Origin: Erysipelotrichales bacterium
GTDB taxonomy: Bacteria; Bacillota_I; Bacilli_A; RFN20; CAG-826
Assembly (NCBI GenBank): GCA_022508525.1
Contig: JAFLVA010000001.1
Coordinates: forward strand, 90,879-154,878
Length of the DNA stretch: 64,000 bases
Direction of reading: 5' to 3'
Part shown: one piece after another, positions 1-9,208 of the stretch
Layout of the letters: every line of letters begins with the position of its first letter
Position numbering within the stretch: position 1 is the first letter of the stretch
Program-made: the position numbers and the translations under genes
The notes under the pieces: generated by a model
Database searches by the model: none
The model's input: the letters and a program-made list of their open reading frames with translations, nothing else
What the model was told of the DNA's origin: nothing

Positions 1-35
1 TGAAGAAAGTATTATTAAAGAAAGGAAGAGAGAAG

Positions 36-1697
36 ATGTCGCATTTAATAACCTCACTTAAATCAGTGGCAATATATTGTCGTTTATCTAAAGATGATGG
101 ACTAGATGGCGACTCTTCTTCAATTCAATCACAAAGAAATCTTTTAACAAAGTATGCTGAAGATAATGAATGGCATATTTTTGATATTTATATAGATGAT
201 GGATATTCAGGCACGAACTTTAATCGCCCAGCATTTCAAAAAATGATTAAAGACATCGAACAAAATCGTATAGATATTGTAATAACTAAAGACTTATCAC
301 GTTTAGGAAGAAATTATATTCAAACAGGTTTTTATACAGATGATTATTTTCCAAATCATAATGTTCGATATATTGCTCTTTCAGACAATTTCGATACTCA
401 AAAGGAAGATGATCCAGCTTCTGATTTAGTGCCATTTAAAAACGTTATAAATGAGTGGTATGCTAGAGATACATCTAAAAAGATACGTTCAGTTTTTAAA
501 ATGAAAAATAAAGCAGGAATATTAATTAGAAGACCTGTCCCACTTTATGGTTATAAATATAATCATGAAAATAACACCGTTGAAATAGATGAAGAATCTG
601 CTTCAGTAATTAAATACTTATTTACTGCTTATGCTTCAAACACCCCTATTGCTATTATAAAAAAATATTTAATTGATAATAAGATTCATACTCCTGGATA
701 TTATGCATATCTTAAATATAACTATAACAAAGAAAGATATGGAGCATATTCAGAAGAACAAAAGTATACTTGGAAAAATTGTGTTATAGATAGAATGTTA
801 TCTAATATTGAATACACAGGCATTTACATTGCAAGTAAAACAGCAAGTATAAACTTTAAAAATCATCGAAGAAGAAAAGTAGATACAAAAGAATATACTT
901 TTGAAGGAATAAGACCTCAAATCATATCCAAAGAATTATTTAATAAAGTTGCAGAAAGAAAAGCAAAAACATATCGCCCAAGACTTCAAAGTGAAAATGA
1001 AGTAGTGCTTCAAGGTGTTTTAGAATGCGCAGAATGTGGCAGAAAACTTAATCATAAAAATCAAACATTATATAGAAAAGACCGTAATAAAATTTATCAT
1101 AATCATTATTTTGCTTGCCGCAGTAAAAATTGTTCATTAAAGGCATATGTTAAATATGATGATATAAATCAAATTGTAAAAAATACTTTGTCATCATTAA
1201 AGGAATTTCTTCTTAACAAAGAAGAAAAGTTTTTAGAATACGCTAAAAATTATAAACCTAAAATTAAAGTAGATGAAAAGAAAATAGATACTAAAAAGTT
1301 AATCAAAGATTTAAACATCCAAAAAGCAAAACTTGAGAATCAAATTACAAATTTATTTGAAGGACATGTTAATGGAAATATACCTACTGATTTATTTGAT
1401 AAGTTATCTAAAAAGTATACAGCAGAAGTAAATGATATCATTTTTAAAATTAAAGAATTGACTAAACCAAAAGAAAATAAAGAGACAAATATTAATTATT
1501 TTTTGCAAGCAAAAGAATTTGTTGATAATTTAAAAAAATACAATGAAGATATTTGTGATGAAGAAATAGTGCATTTATTAATCAATAAAATAATTATTGG
1601 AAAAGAATATTATGATAAAAGCACGAGATCAAGATCCAATTATAATGTATTAGTAAACATCCGATTTAACATAACTAACGAATTGTTGGAGTTCTAG
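36..1697 (+). CDS. Large serine recombinase (resolvase/invertase catalytic domain + recombinase domain + zinc ribbon + coiled coil)
   Basis: N-terminal VAIYCRLSKDDG...SSIQSQR catalytic-serine motif and ITKDLSRLGRN. Cys pairs CAECGRKL...FACRSKNC form a zinc ribbon. K/E-rich coiled-coil C-terminus. RBS ggaagagagaag upstream. Confidence 0.9.
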   Translation: MSHLITSLKSVAIYCRLSKDDGLDGDSSSIQSQRNLLTKYAEDNEWHIFDIYIDDGYSGTNFNRPAFQKMIKDIEQNRIDIVITKDLSRLGRNYIQTGFYTDDYFPNHNVRYIALSDNFDTQKEDDPASDLVPFKNVINEWYARDTSKKIRSVFKMKNKAGILIRRPVPLYGYKYNHENNTVEIDEESASVIKYLFTAYASNTPIAIIKKYLIDNKIHTPGYYAYLKYNYNKERYGAYSEEQKYTWKNCVIDRMLSNIEYTGIYIASKTASINFKNHRRRKVDTKEYTFEGIRPQIISKELFNKVAERKAKTYRPRLQSENEVVLQGVLECAECGRKLNHKNQTLYRKDRNKIYHNHYFACRSKNCSLKAYVKYDDINQIVKNTLSSLKEFLLNKEEKFLEYAKNYKPKIKVDEKKIDTKKLIKDLNIQKAKLENQITNLFEGHVNGNIPTDLFDKLSKKYTAEVNDIIFKIKELTKPKENKETNINYFLQAKEFVDNLKKYNEDICDEEIVHLLINKIIIGKEYYDKSTRSRSNYNVLVNIRFNITNELLEF

Positions 1698-1705
1698 TAC
1701 AACTA

Positions 1706-2782
1706 TTATTTCAATTTTGACTTGTAATAGTGTGTAATTCTATCTAATTCAGGGAATAAAGTTGCTTCGTTAATTCCAAACTTATCAAGTTCTTTTAAGA
1801 TTTCCTCTTGATTATGAATTTCTATTTTGCAATATACCATATCTTTAATTTTTGATTCGTTCGTTTTTTCATCTTTGCTTAATCCACTGATTATAAATGC
1901 GCCAGATTGACGCATAATTCTATTGTTAGTTAAATCTGGCTGAACAAAATAATTACGTAAAATATCAATGACATATAATTCTTTATCAAAATTTACTTCA
2001 CTTCTTATTTCATGATATAATTTTTCAACAATTGTTCCATTGTTTTTTTCGTTAAATTTAGCAGCAATATCCTTTGTTTTTTTGATTCTATTAATACATG
2101 CTTTGTAGAGCTCTTTTTGCTCGTATGCATTAAATTTTGATAAGCAAGATACTATAATCGATTTATCACTATCCTTGTATAATAAGTTTTGTTTTGGATT
2201 TAAAAAAACATATACATATCCAAAATTATTCGGATCTTTATTACCATTTGTAAAGTCTTTGCACGCGAAGTATAAAGCTACTAATGGATTAGAGGTGATA
2301 TCTAATAATCTAGTTGGGCATTCATAATGCTGTAAAGTAACAAGAGTATCTAGATGACTTTTATTATTAAAATTGTTTGGTGAGCGAGCAATTACATTAT
2401 GCAATAAATAACTTTCGTGCCCCAAATATGGTTTTCTATAAACTCCAGGTAATAGCGAATATGTATTACGAAAAACACCACGGTAGAATGTATCTGTTTG
2501 ATTTTCGTGCACGAATTTATCATCGTTTTTTGTATTATCTGATTTTAAATTATTAATTTGCTTTGATGAGAAAAGTGTATAAAACCGTATGTATTTATTT
2601 ATAGTTTCCTCTAATTCTTTATCATTTTTTGCGTTTTTAATTTTACCATCATATGCTTGTAATCGGATCATACAATTTATTAATTCGTTGTATCTTATTT
2701 TAGAATTCTCTGTTTGTATTTCTGAAATGGCTTTTATATATTCGGCAATGTTATTTGCAAAAAGTGTTTTTTGTTCAAACAT
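1706..2782 (-). CDS. FRG-domain protein (uncharacterised family)
   Basis: FYRGV motif, LQHYECPTRLLDITSNPLVALYFAC, C-terminal NNRIMRQSGAFII and ATLFPELD, all matching FRG-domain signatures. Convergent with the recombinase gene. Confidence 0.7.
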   Translation of the reverse strand: MFEQKTLFANNIAEYIKAISEIQTENSKIRYNELINCMIRLQAYDGKIKNAKNDKELEETINKYIRFYTLFSSKQINNLKSDNTKNDDKFVHENQTDTFYRGVFRNTYSLLPGVYRKPYLGHESYLLHNVIARSPNNFNNKSHLDTLVTLQHYECPTRLLDITSNPLVALYFACKDFTNGNKDPNNFGYVYVFLNPKQNLLYKDSDKSIIVSCLSKFNAYEQKELYKACINRIKKTKDIAAKFNEKNNGTIVEKLYHEIRSEVNFDKELYVIDILRNYFVQPDLTNNRIMRQSGAFIISGLSKDEKTNESKIKDMVYCKIEIHNQEEILKELDKFGINEATLFPELDRITHYYKSKLK

Positions 2783-2865
2783 AGTGCTATGCCCCCTTTA
2801 TTAAATATATTATATTATTTTTTTTTAGTTTTCATAGCGTTTACATTAAATTATTCCCCAAATTA

Positions 2866-3150
2866 TCTGCGACACCAGCAGGACTAAAAGCAATAAAAAG
2901 AATGAAGGAATTATCAAAAGAAGATGATAAAAGCACTGCGACGAATGAAATGGTTACATTTTTAGTTTTAAATACAGCGGGAGTTACAATATTACCTACA
3001 ACTGTTATGGCAATAAGGCAGAGTTATGGATCTACTAATCCAGCAGATTTCTTAATTCTTTCCTTTGTGGGTACGCTTGCATCGTGCATCTTTGGTCTTT
3101 TATTAGACAAGTATTATCAACGAAAGGCAGAAAGAAAACATGGCAAGTAA
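2866..3150 (+). pseudogene. spmA: 3' fragment of spore maturation protein A gene (spmA), 5'-truncated at the element junction
   Basis: In-frame codons from ~2866 read SATPAGLKAIKRMKEL...MVTFLVLNTAGVTILPTTVMAIRQSYGS...DKYYQRK. This resembles only the C-terminal half of B. subtilis SpmA. No N-terminal ~100 aa, no RBS at the ATG at 2902, and an 11-nt overlap with spmB as in intact operons. Confidence 0.7.
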
Positions 3151-3664
3151 AATATCTCTTATCTTCATACCTCTTTTAGTTTTATTTGCAATTGGGTATT
3201 CATACGCTAAAAAAAATAATGCATATTCTTCATTTATCAAAGGAGTAGAGGAAGGATTACCACTATTTAAAGATTTATTTCCAAGCGTTATTGCTATGCT
3301 TTTATGCGTTACATTACTTAAAAGTTGTGGAATCATTGACGATATTAAAAGTCTTATGATGAAATGGATTCCACAATCTGAGACGGTTATTGATTTAACT
3401 CCAATGATTTTATTTAGACCAATATCTGGTTCTGCTTCAGTTGCTTGCTTTGATGCAATATGTAAAACATTAGGACCAGATTCATTAACAGCAAAAATTG
3501 CAGCAACAATTCAAGGATCAACAGATACAACAATTTATATTCTCGCTCTTTATTTTGGATCAGTTGGAGTTACAAAATGGAAGCATGCATTAAAGACTGG
3601 CTTATTAACTGATATAGTTGGAATAATTGTAGGTATTGTTTTAGCACTAATATTTTTTAAATAA
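3140..3664 (+). CDS. spmB: Spore maturation protein B (nucleoside-recognition/Gate domain membrane protein)
   Basis: FIKGVEEGLPLFKDLFPSVIAML...LFRPISGSASVA...GPDS...QGSTDTTIYILALYFGSVGV resembles SpmB over its full length. Confidence 0.85.
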   Translation: MASKISLIFIPLLVLFAIGYSYAKKNNAYSSFIKGVEEGLPLFKDLFPSVIAMLLCVTLLKSCGIIDDIKSLMMKWIPQSETVIDLTPMILFRPISGSASVACFDAICKTLGPDSLTAKIAATIQGSTDTTIYILALYFGSVGVTKWKHALKTGLLTDIVGIIVGIVLALIFFK

Positions 3665-3672
3665 AATGTGTG

Positions 3673-3700
3673 TTGTTATTTTTTGATATAGTGGTATAAT
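3673..3700 (+). promoter_or_regulatory. Sigma-A-type promoter for the FMN riboswitch-ribU unit
   Basis: TTGTTA (3673-3678), 16-nt spacer, extended -10 TGgTATAAT (3692-3700). Confidence 0.5.
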
Positions 3701-3702
3701 AA

Positions 3703-3858
3703 TATTCGATTCAGGGATAGGTGTAATTCCTTACCGGCGGTATACTCCGCGAGCCGAAAGGTTGAACTAGTGAAATTCTAGTAGCGACAGTTAAAGTCTG
3801 GATGAAAGAATTGTTTTTTTATTCTTTTGTATTTTTGTCCCTGAATAGGGACTTTTTT
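3703..3858 (+). promoter_or_regulatory. FMN riboswitch (RFN element) with candidate terminator expression platform
   Basis: Conserved RFN core: cagggataggtgtaattccttaccggcggt...ccgcgagcc...ggttgaactagtgaaattctagtagcgacagttaaagtctggatgaaaga. Downstream hairpin gtccc-tgaata-gggac plus T6 (3837-3858). tcaggga (3711-3717) is complementary to tccctga (3838-3844), giving an antiterminator option. Confidence 0.9.
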
Positions 3859-3874
3859 ATTGGAGGATAAATAT

Positions 3875-4489
3875 ATGAAGACTAAAGTGTTTACAGTAAG
3901 ATTTATGGCACGTGTGGCAATATTTAGCGCAATTGCAGCAATTTTGTATTGCGTCCCATTCTTAAAATTTAAATTGCCATTTTTCCTTAGTTTTTTAGAA
4001 ATACATTTTGATGAAATACCTGCATTTGTTGCCTCGTTTGCATACGGACCTCTTTGTGGCTCTTTGGTATTAGTTATTAAAACGTTAATAAAACTTCCGT
4101 TTACAAGTACAGCAACTGTTGGAGAGTGGTTAGACTTGCTCTATGGATTAGCTTTGATTTTACCAGCCTCTATCATATACAAAAAACATCGCACTTATAA
4201 AGGTGCGATAATTGGTATAATTGCCAGTATTTTTGCACAATTATTAGTGAGCTTCATTTGTGCTGGAACATTTGTAATTAATTTTTATGCAGCTTTATTT
4301 CATATTGAGCCAGAGAAAATACTTAAAATGGGACAAGCTCTAAATCCTAATGTTAAGAATATATATTTCTCAATGGCTTTCTATTGCTTCTTGCCTTTTA
4401 ATGCTTTCAAGGATGCTATTATTGCAATATTAACGATATTGCTCTATCCAAGAGTTAGATACTTTACAGAAAAAAGATATAAGAAATAA
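3875..4489 (+). CDS. ribU: Riboflavin transporter, ECF-type S component (RibU/FmnP-like)
   Basis: Six-TM small membrane protein directly downstream of the FMN riboswitch. RBS GGAGGA lies 7 nt before the ATG at 3875, so the track's TTG start at 3860 is unlikely. Confidence 0.8.
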   Translation: MKTKVFTVRFMARVAIFSAIAAILYCVPFLKFKLPFFLSFLEIHFDEIPAFVASFAYGPLCGSLVLVIKTLIKLPFTSTATVGEWLDLLYGLALILPASIIYKKHRTYKGAIIGIIASIFAQLLVSFICAGTFVINFYAALFHIEPEKILKMGQALNPNVKNIYFSMAFYCFLPFNAFKDAIIAILTILLYPRVRYFTEKRYKK

Positions 4490-4517
4490 AAAAACTTCCA
4501 CTATGGAAGTTTTTTTT
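4488..4517. terminator. Bidirectional rho-independent terminator between ribU and the ferredoxin gene
   Basis: aacttcca-cta-tggaagtt hairpin flanked by an A-run and a T-run. Confidence 0.75.
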
Positions 4518-4518
4518 A

Positions 4519-4689
4519 TTATTCAACAGTAATTGCTGAAACTGGGCAGCTTGCTGCAGCATCTGCAGCTGCTCCTGCATCATCTAAAACTACTTTTGCT
4601 TTTCCGTCATCATCGAAATCGAAGACTGTTGGAGCCATAGATGTGCATAAGCCACAACCGATGCATAAATCCTTATCTACTTTTACCAT
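4519..4689 (-). CDS. fdx: Small ferredoxin (56 aa). It is absent from the ORF track because it is under 60 aa.
   Basis: Own translation: MVKVDKDLCIGCGLCTSMAPTVFDFDDDGKAKVVLDDAGAAADAAASCPVSAITVE. It has the CxxCxxC...CP cluster motif. RBS AAGGAG lies upstream of the ATG at 4689. Confidence 0.85.
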   Translation of the reverse strand: MVKVDKDLCIGCGLCTSMAPTVFDFDDDGKAKVVLDDAGAAADAAASCPVSAITVE

Positions 4690-4795
4690 GTTTATCTACT
4701 CCTTTATAGTATTAAAATTATAAATTAATATAAGAGTTTTTTCAAGATAAAAAGGGCTAGAAACTTTATAATTTCATATTATCCCTTTTAGATCT

Positions 4796-6334
4796 TTAAT
4801 ATGTTTCAATTTTTAATTTACATGTTAACTCTGTTGTATCTTCAATCGTTACAATATATTTAAAAAAACCTGCTGATTCTTTGAAATATTCATTAGTTTG
4901 GTGAGGAGTCATATCGCGATACTGTGAATTCCTTTGTAAATCAAATACATCACCTTTAATAAATAAATCGTCAGATGTTGCATGAAATGATGAGCCTGTT
5001 AAGCCATTATGACCAAACCTACAATCACGAGGAATTAACGTTGAAATAACTAGGTGCTGACCTTCATTAGTCATGAATCCTTCAATATTACCACGAGGTG
5101 TATTAGAAAATTTAACCCCGATCATCTTATCAATATCATCTTCAAATTCGTTATCAATATTTACAGCACGTGCATTAATATAGGTAATTCTTAATCCTGA
5201 TGTTTGATATCCTTTTTTAATTTCGCCGTTTTCCGATTTTTTATGACCTTCTAGATAATCTTTTTCATTCAAACCAGTTGGTGTAATATATTCCATCATG
5301 ATGTATTCATCAAAGGGAGTACCATTAAAATTATCGGTTTTAAAAATTAAGAAATCTCCAGTTTCTGTTGCGCTATTTAGGGTTATTTCACCAGAGGAAT
5401 CAATAATATATGGATCAGCCCAAGATAATGCAAATTTATTGTACATTGAATGATCACCTAAATCATCGTCCATCATATCAACTTTTCCCATTGGAGCAAC
5501 GTTACTATAGCCAGTGTCATAAAAATCTGTCAAACCTAGTAGATGACCTGTTTCATGAATATAAGTGTGTGCATCTATTGAGTCAAATCCATAACCTTGG
5601 TACATCATATCATACGATGCCCAAGAATAACGCATTGCAATTGGTGAATTAATATCACCTTTATTAATATTGCCTTCATGGTCGTAAGTATAAGCCCAGA
5701 AATACTCTGGTATAGATTCATTATTAGAATAATTTGGTGCACTATAGACAAGATAAATTGCATCAATAAAACCATCTTTATTTTGATCATAATCTAAGAT
5801 GTCATCATAAGTGTCCTTATACCAAGAAACTATTTCGTCTAAAAGAAAATATATCCCATTATCTTGAAAGATTTTATCTTCTTTAGCCTTTAACTCTTCT
5901 GGAGTTAGATCTAAATTAAACCAATCGGTAACTTTACCGGATAAATTTAATTTATTATAGCTAGATTTTTTGTAATAAGAACTAACTGATTCATAAGCTG
6001 TTTCTTCGCTTGTTCCAAAAAATGCTTTTTCTAAATCGTTTCTTATTTTTTCTGTAGCATTATTTTCATAACCTTTAATTGAAATAGGAACAACTAATAT
6101 TTTTTGATTGCCTATTGATGGTAATGTTGGTCGGCCATAATTATTAAATAAAGTAGCGTAGTTATTTTTTTCATTATGCGCTAATTTATTAAACACTTTT
6201 GAATCAGAATAACTTGTAGATGTGAAATCATTAGATACATTTGTAGATGGATTAGGAGATATAGAATTTTTCCCTGTTGAGCAGGAAAATAGGAAAGTAA
6301 TAGATAATAATAGCGGGAAAGTTTTTTTAGTCAT
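4796..6334 (-). CDS. Lipoprotein, M6 (immune inhibitor A-like) zinc metallopeptidase
   Basis: Lipobox LFSC-S. HETGHLLGLTDFYD (HExxH followed by a D.YD-type motif, as in InhA/M6). Last gene of the lipoprotein operon, overlapping the upstream gene by 8 nt. Confidence 0.7.
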   Translation of the reverse strand: MTKKTFPLLLSITFLFSCSTGKNSISPNPSTNVSNDFTSTSYSDSKVFNKLAHNEKNNYATLFNNYGRPTLPSIGNQKILVVPISIKGYENNATEKIRNDLEKAFFGTSEETAYESVSSYYKKSSYNKLNLSGKVTDWFNLDLTPEELKAKEDKIFQDNGIYFLLDEIVSWYKDTYDDILDYDQNKDGFIDAIYLVYSAPNYSNNESIPEYFWAYTYDHEGNINKGDINSPIAMRYSWASYDMMYQGYGFDSIDAHTYIHETGHLLGLTDFYDTGYSNVAPMGKVDMMDDDLGDHSMYNKFALSWADPYIIDSSGEITLNSATETGDFLIFKTDNFNGTPFDEYIMMEYITPTGLNEKDYLEGHKKSENGEIKKGYQTSGLRITYINARAVNIDNEFEDDIDKMIGVKFSNTPRGNIEGFMTNEGQHLVISTLIPRDCRFGHNGLTGSSFHATSDDLFIKGDVFDLQRNSQYRDMTPHQTNEYFKESAGFFKYIVTIEDTTELTCKLKIETY

Positions 6335-7805
6335 TTATTATTACATCTCCATTCTTGCAGTGCACTATATTGATTGAGCTTCCTAAATTCCAACTTATAA
6401 GATTTTCACCAATTATTTCTTCTTTTTCTATTGAATGCCATTGATCCATTGTGCCTGAATAATATATTTCTTCAAGTGATGATGTCATTCTAAATGTATA
6501 AGCTCCTATAAAAGTAATACTAGCTGGTAAAGTTAGCTTCTCTAATCTCAAAACATAAGAAAAAGCTTCACGATCAATTATTTCAACTCCATCACTTACC
6601 TCGTATTCAAATTGTTCATGACGAGCAGGATAAGAAATAAGGCGTGTTTTGTCTTTACTATATAAAACATTATTTTCTACAACAAAATTAGGATTATCTT
6701 TATGCATGCTTATTGTTTCTAAATAACGATCATAAGCAACTAAAGAAGTACCAATTTCTTCAAGTGTAGATGGCAAATATATACTTTCTAATATTTCGCA
6801 ATATGAAAATGCTCCATTGCCGAGAGTGGTAACTCCTTCAGGTATTGTTACACTTTTTAATCTTGGATTACGTATAAATGCATTATCTTTAATTACTCTT
6901 AGGGATGTTGGTAAAACATATTCGTTTGTAGAATTATCAACAAAGGCACCATCTTCAATGACTTCTACACCATTTTCAAGAACAACTCTTTTCAAATGAA
7001 AATTATTTACTACAGCACTTGCGTGTATTACCTTGATATTGCCGGGAATGATTAATTCATCTAAGGAAGAACAGTTACTAATGACATAAGATGATAATTC
7101 GCGCATTCCTTTTCCTAAGGTAATAGATTTAATTGACGAAAGATTAAAAGCATATTCTCCAATACATTCAACCGAATCTGGAATAGTAATAGTAGTTATT
7201 TTTTTAGTAGAAGCAAAAACTCTCTCGCCAATTTCTTTTAGATTTTTACTAAGAATAATTTCTTTGGCATTACTTGCTATAAAAGCATAATCGGCTAATT
7301 TAGTAATTTCGTCATCCAAATGCACAACATCTTTTTTTGGTGGACAGAAAATAAGTTCGTTGCCTAATTTGTTTAAAAGCAGACCATCTTTGCTTTTAAA
7401 ATAAGGATTTTCTGGTTCAACTTCAATATTTTCGATAGTTAAACAATTAGCAAAAGAAATTCCTTTGCATATTGCTATATTTTTTGATAAAACAATAGTT
7501 TTAATGCCACCACTAGATGCAAAAGCATAGTCTAGAATGCCAGTAATTAGTTTGCCATTAAAAGATTCTGGAATAGTTACTTTATTAGGCCTATAGTTTT
7601 TATAATTTTTAATAAATAATGTTCCATCTTCATTTTCGACAAATTCGAAATCATAGATATTAGTAGTTTCTTCTTGCGTTGGAGTAGATGTTGGTGTTTT
7701 AGAGGTTTCTTGACTGCTTATAGAACTTTCACTACTTGTAGAATTGTTTTCTGCACATGAAAACAAAACTAGAGGTAGTAGAAAAATCAATAATTTCTTC
7801 CTCAT
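6327..7805 (-). CDS. Lipoprotein with BspA-type leucine-rich repeats (LRR_5-like)
   Basis: Lipobox LFSC-A, S/T-rich tether, then ~15 repeats of about 23 aa with the pattern I.IP..V..IG..AF..C..L..I. Confidence 0.7.
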   Translation of the reverse strand: MRKKLLIFLLPLVLFSCAENNSTSSESSISSQETSKTPTSTPTQEETTNIYDFEFVENEDGTLFIKNYKNYRPNKVTIPESFNGKLITGILDYAFASSGGIKTIVLSKNIAICKGISFANCLTIENIEVEPENPYFKSKDGLLLNKLGNELIFCPPKKDVVHLDDEITKLADYAFIASNAKEIILSKNLKEIGERVFASTKKITTITIPDSVECIGEYAFNLSSIKSITLGKGMRELSSYVISNCSSLDELIIPGNIKVIHASAVVNNFHLKRVVLENGVEVIEDGAFVDNSTNEYVLPTSLRVIKDNAFIRNPRLKSVTIPEGVTTLGNGAFSYCEILESIYLPSTLEEIGTSLVAYDRYLETISMHKDNPNFVVENNVLYSKDKTRLISYPARHEQFEYEVSDGVEIIDREAFSYVLRLEKLTLPASITFIGAYTFRMTSSLEEIYYSGTMDQWHSIEKEEIIGENLISWNLGSSINIVHCKNGDVIIND

Positions 7806-7809
7806 AAAA

Positions 7810-9192
7810 TTACTCCAAAGTTATACCAAAAGGCAAAATAGTTGTGTTTAAATCTGAGAAAGTCGCAACAACTTTACCAGAACTACTTGTAAATCCGTTA
7901 TTAAAATTAAATCCGATTTCAATTCTATCTAAAAGGCCGCTCTTTAAAAAGATTTCACAGCCAGTTCCGTATCCATCAAGTTCACGTATTACATCTGGAG
8001 ATGGAATGAAACACTCTGCACCAATATAAGTTTTAAGTTCTTCAACCACTTTATAAGATTCGGAATTTGCATCATAATTGAAGATTTCCGGAGCAACTTC
8101 ACTCACTATTGGAATAAAGATATTTTTATCTGCACCATCAAGAGAAGAGAAACCATTTTGCATGGCAGTTTGATAACTCCATGAAGAGTCAGCTTCATTA
8201 TATCCCAAAGGAGTAACTGTCTCTTGATCATCATTAATTACTAGCAATACATCACTTAAAGCGCTTGGAGTTATACCGTCACCCCATTGGCCATATATGG
8301 CATCTTCTGTATAAAAATATTTACTGACAATTGGCTCAGTGGAACCATCGAATTCAAACGAAAGAGTTAATGTGTAATTATTCTTAATTGACTTAAATGC
8401 CTCTCCTAATGCATCATGCTCTGTTTTATGAACTTTTGGTGTTGGTTTTGTGATTGTTGTATTTCCCATATTTGACAATGTTAAAGTAGCAGTGGCATCT
8501 AATAAGAAATAAACATTTTCATAATTAATAGTTTCATATGTTTCTATAGTTGTAGGTTTTAATGTAATTGATTTAATCTCGCCATTTTCTATTATTGCAG
8601 TAGCAGATTCAATAACGCTATAGAATATAGGATCAATATCTCCAAATAATTGACTTGCCAAATAAGAGGCCTTTTTTAAATTTAAAGAATATTCACCATC
8701 TTCTATTTTTGTAAAGTCTTTCTCATTTAAATAATAGAAAGGATTATCGAAATATGATCCATAATTTACTTTAAATCCGGCGCTATCAGTAGCAAGAATC
8801 TTTTCAATTTCATTTTTATAATTTAATTCTAGAAAATACAAATATCCATCATCGCCTTCAGCATAAATATCATTGGTATGTACATAACTTGAGCCATCGG
8901 CTTCATAACCTGTTACTAAACGTTCAATACCAGTCATTTCTTTGTTTTCATATTTAAAAACATAATCGAATTGTGTTTCAGTAATATCTCCATTTAAAAC
9001 TCCACCTAAAATAGAAGAAGCAGTGAGAAATCTTGCTTTTTCGTTAATTGTGCCAGAAATAGTAACACCATCATTAAATTTTTCTAAGGCTTTTTGAATT
9101 TCTGATTTTGTACTATTTGTTCCGCCGTTTCCACAACTTGACAAAGCTATTAATGTTGCAGAACATAAAACGATTAAAAAAGTTTTTTTCAT
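7810..9192 (-). CDS. Lipoprotein of unknown function with an internally duplicated domain
   Basis: Lipobox LSSC-G. Both halves end in a similar strand motif (TLTLSNMGNTTI and ATFSDLNTTIL). Confidence 0.6.
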   Translation of the reverse strand: MKKTFLIVLCSATLIALSSCGNGGTNSTKSEIQKALEKFNDGVTISGTINEKARFLTASSILGGVLNGDITETQFDYVFKYENKEMTGIERLVTGYEADGSSYVHTNDIYAEGDDGYLYFLELNYKNEIEKILATDSAGFKVNYGSYFDNPFYYLNEKDFTKIEDGEYSLNLKKASYLASQLFGDIDPIFYSVIESATAIIENGEIKSITLKPTTIETYETINYENVYFLLDATATLTLSNMGNTTITKPTPKVHKTEHDALGEAFKSIKNNYTLTLSFEFDGSTEPIVSKYFYTEDAIYGQWGDGITPSALSDVLLVINDDQETVTPLGYNEADSSWSYQTAMQNGFSSLDGADKNIFIPIVSEVAPEIFNYDANSESYKVVEELKTYIGAECFIPSPDVIRELDGYGTGCEIFLKSGLLDRIEIGFNFNNGFTSSSGKVVATFSDLNTTILPFGITLE

Positions 9193-9208
9193 AATTATGC
9201 TCCATCCA

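Larger units (their letters stand above)
1..2865. mobile_element. Right-hand end of an integrated element (prophage/ICE-like) that extends beyond the window start. The boundary (attR) lies somewhere in 2783-2868.
   Basis: Large serine recombinase plus FRG-domain cargo gene, then ~80 bp of AT-rich non-coding DNA. This abuts the point (~2866) where SpmA homology begins abruptly in mid-gene. Confidence 0.55.

Noticed and set aside
2902-3150. Stand-alone 82-aa membrane protein gene
   Set aside because: SpmA homology continues in frame upstream of the ATG to about 2866, and there is no RBS. It is better explained as the 3' half of a disrupted spmA.
6316-6334. A7 homopolymer right after lipoprotein start codons (also 9181-9192 and 10612-10624) as mycoplasma-style phase-variation switches
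   Set aside because: The tracts simply encode the M-K-K / M-T-K-K signal-peptide n-region in an AT-rich genome. They are short (6-7 nt), and the window gives no evidence of length heterogeneity.
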